Of a DNA stretch of 16,829 nucleotides, positions 9,446 to 16,829 are shown in pieces. A model generated the notes under the pieces. It did no database searches and was not told the origin of the DNA. It saw nothing but the letters and a program-made list of their open reading frames with translations. Numbering within the stretch: position 1 is the stretch's first letter; each line of letters begins with the position of its first letter. Position numbers and translations under genes: made by a program. Location: contig JAYVCD010000252.1 in the NCBI GenBank assembly GCA_043750125.1, positions 1 through 16,829 of the forward strand. Direction: 5' to 3'. The stretch is from Archangiaceae bacterium. GTDB lineage: Bacteria; Myxococcota; Myxococcia; Myxococcales; Myxococcaceae.

Positions 9446-11649
9446 GCACGCCGAGAAAAGGGGATCTGTCGCGGCGCGGTCTGCTGCAGGCGGGCGCAGC
9501 GATGGGCGGTGGGCTGACCCTCGGGGTGTGGATTCCCAGTCAGGCTCGCGCCGCAACCTCGAATGCAAAAGTGTTCGCGCCCAACGCGTGGATTCGGGTG
9601 ACGAGCGACGATCGGGTGCAGTTCGTCTTGAGTCCGGTCGAGATGGGGCAGGGGGTGATGACGTCCCACGCGATGATGGTGGCCGAGGAGCTTTTCGTCG
9701 CTCCGCAGAAGCTCGAGTGCCTGTTTGCGGAAGCCGACCGCGCCTACGACAACCCGGCCCTTTTCTACCAGGTCACGGGTGGGTCGACGAGCGTGCGGAC
9801 GGCATGGGAGCCCCTGCGCACCGCTGCGGCGACGGCGCGCGAGATGTTAATCGCCGCGGGCGCGCGCAAGTGGAAAGTCAGCACCCGGGACTGCTTTGCC
9901 GAAGACGGCGCGGTGGTGCACCGCCCGACGAGCCGACGCCTTTCCTATGGCGAGCTGGCGCAGAGCGCGGCCCAGAGCGACGCGCCGAAGGTGACGCTGC
10001 GAACGAAGGACTTCCGGGTGATCGGCAAGTCGATCGATCGGCTCGACGCGCGGCCGAAGGTCGATGGGACGGCGATCTACGGGATGGACGTGAAGTTGCC
10101 GGGGATGAAGATCGCGGTGGTGGTGCGCTGTCCGGTCTTCGGCGGAAAGGTGAAGTCATTCGACGCGGACGAGGCGAAATCCTTTCCCGGGGTCGAGGCG
10201 GTGGTCGAGATTTTCTCGGGGGTCGCGGTGGTGGCCGCCCGGTATTGGCAGGCTTCGCGGGCGTCGAAGCTGCTGAAGGTCGAGTGGGACGAAGGGCCGA
10301 TGGGTCAGGAAGATTCGAACACGATGCTCGAGCGGTACCGGGCGGCGCTGAAGAGCGAGCGGGGCAAGAAGGTGAGATCCGAAGGAGAGCTCGACCGGGG
10401 GTTTGCCGAAGCGAGCCAGGTATTGGAGGCCGAATATACGGCTCCGTACGTGGCGCACGCGACGATGGAGCCGATGAACGCCACCGCCCGCCTGCTCGAT
10501 GGCCGGCTCGAAGTGTGGTCAGGCGCGCAGGGGGCGGGAAGTCCGCTCGAGTACGCCCAGCGGCACAGCGGGCTGCCCGCCAAGAGGATCACCATTCACC
10601 AGGCGTTCGCCGGCGGAGGTTTTGGCCGACGAGGACAGGCCGACTTCGTGGGGGAAGCGGTGGCATTGACGGTGGCGATCAAGGCGCCGGTGAAGGTCAT
10701 CTGGTCGCGCACGGACGACATGCAGCACGACTTCTACCGACCGATGGCGGTGAACACGATTCGCGGAGGACTGTCGGCCGAAGGGAAGGTCACCGCCTGG
10801 CACCACCGCACCGCGACGCAGTCGATTCTCTCGACCGGAGCTCCGGACCTGGCGGCGCCGGCGTTTCCCAACATTTTGTCCCCGGGTTTGAAGAAATGGC
10901 TGGGGGCCCGGGTGGGCGGCCTCTTCGACGGGGTGATGGTGGACGACACTTCGACCGAGGGCGCGGCGACAATTGCCTACGAGCTGCCGAACCTCGCCGT
11001 CGATTTCGTCCAGATGCACTCGGGAGTCCCGGTCGGGTTCTGGCGTTCGGTGGGTCACTCGCACCAGGCATTCGTGGTCGAGAGCTTCATCGACGAGCTG
11101 GCGAGCGCGGCGGGCAAAGACCCATTCGAGTTCCGCCGCGCGCTGTTGTCGACGAAGCCTCGCAACCGCGGGGTGCTCGAGCTGGTGGCTTTGAAGTCCG
11201 GGTGGGGCAGTCGTCTGCCGAAGGGGGTCTTCCGTGGCATCGCGGGCCATTTTTCGTTCGGAAGCTACGCGGCGGCGGTTGCCGAGCTGTCGGTCGAAGG
11301 CGGGGTGGTGAAGGTCCACCGGCTGGTGATGGCGATCGACTGCGGCCTGGTGATCAACCCGGACATCGTCAAAGGCCAGCTCGAGTCGAGCGCGATCTAT
11401 GGACTGTCGGCGGCCTTGCGGCACGAGGTCACGCTTCGAGCCGGGCGAATCACCCAGACCAATTTTCACGACTTTCCGGTGCTGCGAATGAACGAGGCTC
11501 CCCGGATCGAGGCGTACCTGGTGGAGAGCGAGGTGGCGCCGACGGGAGTCGGAGAGCCCGGGGTTCCGGTGATCGCTCCGGCAGTGGCCAACGCGCTGTT
11601 CGCGGCGACCGGACAAAGGTTGCGCAGCCTGCCGTTGCGACTGGCCTAG
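9442..11649 (+). CDS. Xanthine dehydrogenase-family molybdopterin-binding subunit, IorB-like, with Tat signal
   Basis: ATGA overlap with the 2Fe-2S gene. [20 protein letters not shown] (Tat); [60 protein letters not shown] (catalytic Glu region), [16 protein letters not shown]. 735 aa. Confidence 0.94.
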   Translation: MSTPRKGDLSRRGLLQAGAAMGGGLTLGVWIPSQARAATSNAKVFAPNAWIRVTSDDRVQFVLSPVEMGQGVMTSHAMMVAEELFVAPQKLECLFAEADRAYDNPALFYQVTGGSTSVRTAWEPLRTAAATAREMLIAAGARKWKVSTRDCFAEDGAVVHRPTSRRLSYGELAQSAAQSDAPKVTLRTKDFRVIGKSIDRLDARPKVDGTAIYGMDVKLPGMKIAVVVRCPVFGGKVKSFDADEAKSFPGVEAVVEIFSGVAVVAARYWQASRASKLLKVEWDEGPMGQEDSNTMLERYRAALKSERGKKVRSEGELDRGFAEASQVLEAEYTAPYVAHATMEPMNATARLLDGRLEVWSGAQGAGSPLEYAQRHSGLPAKRITIHQAFAGGGFGRRGQADFVGEAVALTVAIKAPVKVIWSRTDDMQHDFYRPMAVNTIRGGLSAEGKVTAWHHRTATQSILSTGAPDLAAPAFPNILSPGLKKWLGARVGGLFDGVMVDDTSTEGAATIAYELPNLAVDFVQMHSGVPVGFWRSVGHSHQAFVVESFIDELASAAGKDPFEFRRALLSTKPRNRGVLELVALKSGWGSRLPKGVFRGIAGHFSFGSYAAAVAELSVEGGVVKVHRLVMAIDCGLVINPDIVKGQLESSAIYGLSAALRHEVTLRAGRITQTNFHDFPVLRMNEAPRIEAYLVESEVAPTGVGEPGVPVIAPAVANALFAATGQRLRSLPLRLA

Positions 11650-13331
11650 AAGACCTTGTTCAGGTTCAGCGTCGCGTTGGCGCTGAACTTCCCGTTGTTG
11701 AGCACGCCGAAGCTTCCGTAGATGTCGAGCTGGAACATTCCTTCGATGAGCGCGTGAAAACCGGGGCCGATCGCGGTGCCCAGCCGGGGCGTCTCGGCGT
11801 AGGAAAGAACGGGCACCCCATCGATGTACTGGCCGCGATCGGTGACCTCGCCGAACGCAAAGATGGAATGGAAAATACTGATCTTGAAAAGGTCGCGGGT
11901 GATCGAGAAACGGAACTCGACCTCGGCGCTCACCCCGCGGCGAATGAATTTGTTGCCGAAGATCCCATGGTTGTATTCGGCGACGCTGTCTTCATCGTGG
12001 AAGCTCACGTCCCCGAAGAGGGAACGCCCTCGAGCGCGGATCCAGAGATCATGCCACCCGAAGGGGATCACGTTCTGGTAGCGAAAGTGAACGGAGCCGA
12101 ACCAGGGGTCGGTGAGCCTTCCGGCGCGGAACACGCTCCCCGGCGCAAACGTGACCGCCTCGGCGGCAAAGGAATGCCATCGGTCGGTGCGGTTGTTGGC
12201 CGGATCAAAGACGAGGTCGAACTTGCCTTCGAAGAACGCCCGGACCTGCTCGGAAAAATGCACGGTCGGAGGAGTGATGGTCCCCTCGCTTCTTTCCAGG
12301 CCCCAGATGCGGCGCCATTGAACGCCGGCTCCTACTGAAACCGTAAAACCCTGGCGCACGACCGCTGAGATGTTGAACGCCCCGGAGGCTGTTCCGGCGA
12401 AGTAGTTTTCGAGCTGAATCAGCTTGTCGATTTCCTGCCGGGCCACCAGATCGCCCTTCAAGATCAACGCAGGTCGGACATCGGCAAACAGCGCGGGCGA
12501 ATACCACCGGACGTCGAACGCGGTTCGACTGAAGTCCGGGTAGATGACGTTGTTGGTGAGCCGATTGCGCAGTCCCGCTCCGCCGCTGACCGCGAACCGG
12601 GCCCGGTCGTTGTTCAGAAGCAGGCCTTCGCGCATGTAGTTGACGCCCAATTCGAGGCCGTCGGTGTAGCTGCTCTTCACGTCGATGCCGGCGCCGTTGC
12701 CCCATTCTCTTTCGGTGAAGAAGAAGTGCAGCTCCCACGGCTCGCGCTCGTGCAGCAGCTCGAAACCGCGAATTTCGGGAAGCTTTTCGAGCTGGGGACC
12801 CAGGTGGGTGACCTGGGCAGTGGGGACCAGCACGAACCAGATGTGCCCAATCTTCAGGCTCTTTTCGAGCGCTGCAGTTTGTCGCTCGAGCTCAGGGCGG
12901 TTGAAGACTTCGTGGGGAAGCTCGAGCGCGAATGTGAACTGCAGCGATTGCACCGACAGGCGGCCGCGGTAGACGATCTTTTCGAGGCGGCCTTCATTGA
13001 TGCCGATGTCGATCTGGTTGTCGTGGGCGATGCAGTGAACGCTCGAAAGCTCGTAGCCGGCTTCTCGCAAGAACCGGGTCAGCGTCCGTTCGATGTGGGC
13101 GGCAGTCTCAGCATCGACGGTGAACTGTTTGAGGCCGAGGACCGCGAGGTACACGTCGTTCGGGAGGACCTTGTTTCCGGCGAAGACCAACCGAGGTGGG
13201 GCGTTGATGCCCGCATCAGCCACGTCGGGAGCGGATCCGGCGGGGGGAATGGTCCAATTGAGTTCGGCCGCCACGCGCGCCGATACGCAGCCGCTGAGGC
13301 ACAACAAGACAATGGGCAGAATGCGGTTCAT
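11646..13331 (-). CDS. Outer-membrane POTRA plus beta-barrel (Omp85/TpsB superfamily-like) lipoprotein, divergent
   Basis: Likely start ATG 13331: MNRILPIVLLCLSGC (lipobox). POTRA signatures LVFAGNKVL...LREAGYELSSV...IDIGINEGRLEKIVYRG. The C-terminal half has alternating amphipathic strands (AEVEFRFSI, GTAIGPGFH, FQLDIYGSFG) and ends in a beta-signal with terminal Phe (TLNLNKVF). 561 aa. Confidence 0.68.
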   Translation of the reverse strand: MNRILPIVLLCLSGCVSARVAAELNWTIPPAGSAPDVADAGINAPPRLVFAGNKVLPNDVYLAVLGLKQFTVDAETAAHIERTLTRFLREAGYELSSVHCIAHDNQIDIGINEGRLEKIVYRGRLSVQSLQFTFALELPHEVFNRPELERQTAALEKSLKIGHIWFVLVPTAQVTHLGPQLEKLPEIRGFELLHEREPWELHFFFTEREWGNGAGIDVKSSYTDGLELGVNYMREGLLLNNDRARFAVSGGAGLRNRLTNNVIYPDFSRTAFDVRWYSPALFADVRPALILKGDLVARQEIDKLIQLENYFAGTASGAFNISAVVRQGFTVSVGAGVQWRRIWGLERSEGTITPPTVHFSEQVRAFFEGKFDLVFDPANNRTDRWHSFAAEAVTFAPGSVFRAGRLTDPWFGSVHFRYQNVIPFGWHDLWIRARGRSLFGDVSFHDEDSVAEYNHGIFGNKFIRRGVSAEVEFRFSITRDLFKISIFHSIFAFGEVTDRGQYIDGVPVLSYAETPRLGTAIGPGFHALIEGMFQLDIYGSFGVLNNGKFSANATLNLNKVF

Positions 13332-13489
13332 AGAGCCAAAGGCGGCGCGCGCTTTACGCGAGTCGTGCGCGAAGCACGAAGCGGAATATCGCGTCTCGCC
13401 AGCTACTCTCAAGCTCGACAACACGGGTCGATGCAGGCAAAGGCTCACTGCTTCGTGTTCCAGCTCAACTGCTGCGGCGGTCCGACCTG

Positions 13490-14701
13490 ATGGGTCCCCT
13501 GTTTCACGTTCTCTTGGCGATTCTGGTCATCGTGGCAATGGCGCGTGCTCTCGGTGCGCTCTTCGCCAGGCTGGGCCAGCCCCCGGTGATTGGAGAGATG
13601 ATCGCGGGGCTGCTGCTGGGCCCCTCGTTTCTGGGGCGGGTGGCTCCGGTCGCGGCTGCGTTCGTCCTGCCGAAGGAAGTGACGCCCAGCCTGGGAGTGC
13701 TGGCCCAGATCGGCGTGGTGCTGTTCATGTTCCTGGTCGGGCTGGAGCTCGACACGTCCGAGCTGCAAAAGCACCGTCGAGCGTCGGTGATGATCTCGAG
13801 CTTCAGCGTTTTGATTCCCTTTGCTTTGGGTATCGGGCTGGCGCTGTTGCTGTATCCCCGGTTCGCGGGTCCGACGGTCCCCAGGCTGGCGTTCGTCCTC
13901 TTCCTCGGAGCGGCGATGTCGGTGACAGCGTTTCCGGTGCTGGCGCGAATCGTCAAGGACAGCGGGCTGTCGACTCAACCGATCGGGGTCCTCGCGCTGG
14001 CCTGTGCCGCGGTCGATGACGTGAACGCGTGGTGCCTGTTGGCCTTCGCCACCAGCGCCGCCGATGGAAGCGTGGGCGCAGCGGTGGCGACGGTGGCGTT
14101 GACCGCGGCGCTGGTGGGCACGACATTGCTGGTGGGAAGGCCGCTGCTGGTCAAAGCGACGACGTTGCTGGACCAGAGCAACGCTCCCATTGGTCGAAGC
14201 GCGGTCGGGTATGCGCTGTGTGCGTTGTTGTTGATGGCGATGATCGCGGAAGGAATCGGAATTCACGCGGTGTTTGGCGCCTTCCTCGCGGGCCTGGTGG
14301 TCCCCCACGACTCGAAGCTCGCCGTCGCGCTCAGGGAAAAGCTCGAGGACGTGGTGATGATCGTCTTCCTTCCTCCGTTCTTCGCGTTCTCGGGAATGCG
14401 AACCCAGCTTGGCCTGGTGACGGGGCTCGAGGCCTGGCTTTGGACGCTGGCGATCATCCTGGTTGCCAGCGTCGGCAAAGTGGGCGGAACCGTCACGGCG
14501 GCACGCGTCACAGGTTACTCGTGGAAGGACTCCACCTCGCTGGGACTGCTGATGAACACCCGGGGTGCAGTGGGGCTGGTGGTGCTGAACATCGGTCTGG
14601 ATCTGAAGATCATCTCGCCCACGGTGTTCGCGATGATGGTGTTGATGGCGGTGACGACCACGTTCGCCACCCCGCCCCTGCTGAAGTGGGTCCGGGGTTA
14701 G
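13490..14701 (+). CDS. Cation:proton antiporter, CPA2 family (Na+/K+:H+ exchanger domain only)
   Basis: GQPPVIGEMIAGLLLGPSFLG, FMFLVGLELD, AMSVTAFPVLARI, AAVDDV, HAVFGAFLAG, FFAFSGMRT, LMNTRG, with about 12 hydrophobic segments. No C-terminal USP/KTN domain. 403 aa. Confidence 0.93.
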   Translation: MGPLFHVLLAILVIVAMARALGALFARLGQPPVIGEMIAGLLLGPSFLGRVAPVAAAFVLPKEVTPSLGVLAQIGVVLFMFLVGLELDTSELQKHRRASVMISSFSVLIPFALGIGLALLLYPRFAGPTVPRLAFVLFLGAAMSVTAFPVLARIVKDSGLSTQPIGVLALACAAVDDVNAWCLLAFATSAADGSVGAAVATVALTAALVGTTLLVGRPLLVKATTLLDQSNAPIGRSAVGYALCALLLMAMIAEGIGIHAVFGAFLAGLVVPHDSKLAVALREKLEDVVMIVFLPPFFAFSGMRTQLGLVTGLEAWLWTLAIILVASVGKVGGTVTAARVTGYSWKDSTSLGLLMNTRGAVGLVVLNIGLDLKIISPTVFAMMVLMAVTTTFATPPLLKWVRG

Positions 14702-15327
14702 GCGCGGGCGATGAAGAGGGTGTGCCGCCCGATGGCCTGGGTGGTGGCGGTGAAGCCTCCGTTTTCGAGACGCCGGACGAAGCGTTGATCGGGCCCGGCG
14801 GACCAGACGATCAGGATTCCCTTGGGATGAAGCGCGGCCCGGGCCAGCGCGACCCCGGTGTCGTCGTAGAGAGAATCGTTCGAGTCGGCGGTGATTGCGG
14901 TCGGCCCGTTGTCCACGTCGAGCAAGATCGCGTCGAAGGGCCCGGACTTGTAGACCTTGCGCACGTCGCGGGCGATCAGCCGAACTCGGGGATCTTCGAG
15001 GGGCGAATTCGCCAGCGGGGCCAAAACGCCCTTGTTCCAGTCAATCACGGCTTGAGACAGCTCGGCGACGATCACTTCCGCATGGGCGGACGCGAGATCG
15101 AGCACCGCGCGCAGGGTGAAGCCCATGCCCAGGCCGCCGATCAAGACCCGTCGTGGCGCCTTCGAAGCGCAGGCCGCTTCCGCCATGGCCCGCTCGGACC
15201 CGGTCGAACGGCTGCTCATCAAGGTCTGCCCGTTCACGCGAATGGCGAACTCGAGATCGCGTTGCTGCAGGGTGAGCAGGGATCCCCCCGGAGCCTGCGA
15301 GGTGGCCAACGTCTTCCACGGTTTCAT
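14698..15327 (-). CDS. Spermidine synthase-like class I SAM-dependent methyltransferase-fold protein
   Basis: LMSSRSTGSERAMA, glycine-rich SAM motif VLIGGLGMGFTL, acidic VAEL, FDAILLDVDNGP, LHPKGILIVWSA. Its ATG overlaps the AlkB stop (ATGA at 15327-15324). Confidence 0.85.
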   Translation of the reverse strand: MKPWKTLATSQAPGGSLLTLQQRDLEFAIRVNGQTLMSSRSTGSERAMAEAACASKAPRRVLIGGLGMGFTLRAVLDLASAHAEVIVAELSQAVIDWNKGVLAPLANSPLEDPRVRLIARDVRKVYKSGPFDAILLDVDNGPTAITADSNDSLYDDTGVALARAALHPKGILIVWSAGPDQRFVRRLENGGFTATTQAIGRHTLFIARA

Positions 15328-16175
15328 CGGATCTCTTGGGCGAAGAACTCAGAGTGCTCAGCAAGCTGGGACAGGTAACCCTCGATGTCGGCGCGGGCCG
15401 CCTTCGAGAGTTTGGAAATCGGCACCACGTGTTCTTCGGGCACGTAGCGAAAGGTGAAGTTCACCCGCCGGGTCTGGAAGTCTTTGACGTTGAGCTCGAA
15501 GAGCGTCTTCGCCTTGTGGTCGACGCGCTGCACCCGATGAAAGAGGCGCTTCTTCCAGCGGTCGCCCCCGAAGATCTGCAGCGAGCCGTCGTCCAGCCAC
15601 TGCTGCGAAGCGACGCCATCGCGCTCGCCCTGGCGACTGCTCTCGACGAATTGAAACAGCGCGCGTTCGCCCAGCGACAGTGAGGCGACGGGCCCGGGCT
15701 CGAAGTCTTTGTGCTCACCAACCCGCGCGGTGTCGATCCACTTTCCGTCTTCCCATCGTCGGCCGTAGAGGTTGATGAGGCAGGTGTTGAGCTTCCACAG
15801 CGCGGGCATGTCCTCGCCGGTGAACATCTTGTGAGCGGTCGCCTCGATCCGCGCGACCAGTCGGGCGAGCAGAGGCGCAAAGGGCTCGGCCCGGACGCAG
15901 CGGTTGAGCAGGCCCTTCGGGGGCCGGTAATAGTCGAGGCAGGCAAACTGCCAATTGCCGAGCCAATAGACAGGCCGCAGCAGCCGTCGCTGATCTTGCC
16001 CTTCGGGGGGCGGACGCAGATCAGAGAAGCGATTTTCCCAGATGGGGTGAAGGGTGCGCAGCCAGCCCACCAGGGCGGTGTGATCGGCCTTCGACAAGAA
16101 CGACGCGTCGTAGTGAAGGCCTTCGTTTCGAATGACGCGTTGGCGACCGGGCCAGCGCGGGGAATAGCCGTACAA
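15324..16175 (-). CDS. AlkB-family 2-oxoglutarate/Fe(II)-dependent dioxygenase
   Basis: NTCLINLY, HxD (HKD at 15713-15705), VASLSLGERALFQF, distal His (FHRV) and RxNxTFR (RRVNFTFR) give a complete AlkB facial triad and 2OG-binding motif. TTG start with an in-frame stop two codons upstream. Confidence 0.88.
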   Translation of the reverse strand: MYGYSPRWPGRQRVIRNEGLHYDASFLSKADHTALVGWLRTLHPIWENRFSDLRPPPEGQDQRRLLRPVYWLGNWQFACLDYYRPPKGLLNRCVRAEPFAPLLARLVARIEATAHKMFTGEDMPALWKLNTCLINLYGRRWEDGKWIDTARVGEHKDFEPGPVASLSLGERALFQFVESSRQGERDGVASQQWLDDGSLQIFGGDRWKKRLFHRVQRVDHKAKTLFELNVKDFQTRRVNFTFRYVPEEHVVPISKLSKAARADIEGYLSQLAEHSEFFAQEIR

Positions 16176-16190
16176 GGTCTACCCAACTAA

Positions 16191-16829
16191 TCACTTCACG
16201 ACGATCTGCCCCAGCATGTTCGGGTGAATGTGACAGCGGAAGTTGACCGTGCCCTTGGTGAGGATCTGCGAGTAGCTGTTGGCGCCGTTGGGCAGCAGGG
16301 TTCCCGGTTCGTGTTTGAGCCCGACGGTGTTGGCGTTGACGTGGATCTCGTGGGCGCGGGTGTCCATGTTGATGAAGGTGACCTTGGTTCCCGGGTTGAC
16401 GAAGATGATGGAGGTGCTGATCGCTCCGAAGGCGGTGGTGTTCGGGGCGGCCGGGGTGCCGAGGTTGACGCCCGGCGCGATTTGGATCAGCACTTCTTGA
16501 AGCAGGTCGAGGGTGAGGGGCGTGCTGCTGGTGATCGTTCCGGAGGACGTGGTGAGGGTGAGGGGCATCCCGAGGGTGCCGGTGAGCTCGGAGACCGCGC
16601 GCAGGGTCAAGGTCACGTCGACGGCCGTGGTGGTGAGCGCGACGGTCGCGGGGGTGAAGGTGGCCGAGACTCCGGTCGGCAGGCCGGTGATCGCGAAGGT
16701 GGCGGTGCCGTTGAACCCGTTCTTCGGAGTGACGGTGAGCCTCACCGACTTCGACTCGTTGAGGTGCAGGGTCATCGAGGTTCCCACGACCGAGAGGGCC
16801 AGACTGCCAGTGGTGGCAGGAAGAGGGGT
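16191..16829 (-). CDS. 5'-truncated protein, probably exported: Thr-rich Ig-like domain plus C-terminal cupredoxin (blue copper-like) domain
   Basis: The frame is open to the window edge. Ig-like repeat LTVTPKNGFNGTATFAITGLPTGVSATFTP...VTLTL, then VNPGTKVTFINMDTRAHEIH...FRCHIHPNMLGQIVVK with His...Cys-x2-His-x2-Met type-1 copper ligands (16235-16215). Confidence 0.75.
   Translation of the reverse strand, partial: TPLPATTGSLALSVVGTSMTLHLNESKSVRLTVTPKNGFNGTATFAITGLPTGVSATFTPATVALTTTAVDVTLTLRAVSELTGTLGMPLTLTTSSGTITSSTPLTLDLLQEVLIQIAPGVNLGTPAAPNTTAFGAISTSIIFVNPGTKVTFINMDTRAHEIHVNANTVGLKHEPGTLLPNGANSYSQILTKGTVNFRCHIHPNMLGQIVVK

Noticed and set aside
9393..12338. 981-aa plus-strand ORF overlapping iorB and the Omp85-like gene
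   Set aside because: Arg/Gly/Ala-rich shadow frame with no recognisable motifs; long stop-free off-frames are expected in high-GC coding DNA.

Overview
GC-rich, gene-dense window from a myxobacterium (Myxococcota, Myxococcaceae/Archangiaceae-like; inferred from the FrzS match and gene order). The left third (1-5607) is the conserved aldA - rpoE1 (ECF sigma) - ZAS anti-sigma - frzS locus on the minus strand, converging on a probable sgmO-like hypothetical gene. An exact SigR/SigH-type promoter (GGAAT-N18-GTT) precedes the sigma gene. In M. xanthus, as I recall, the frz chemosensory operon lies beyond aldA. Here that position holds a divergent plus-strand four-gene run: a DUF1592/DUF1588-type CxxCH lipoprotein, a Tat-exported DUF1552 protein, a 2Fe-2S subunit and a Tat-exported IorB-type molybdopterin subunit. 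Further right are a divergent POTRA/beta-barrel (Omp85-like) lipoprotein, a CPA2 cation/H+ antiporter, a coupled AlkB-family dioxygenase plus spermidine-synthase-like SAM-binding protein, and a 5'-truncated Ig-like/cupredoxin protein. I saw no rRNA, tRNA, CRISPR array or mobile element. All family calls come from motif recognition by eye; no searches were run.
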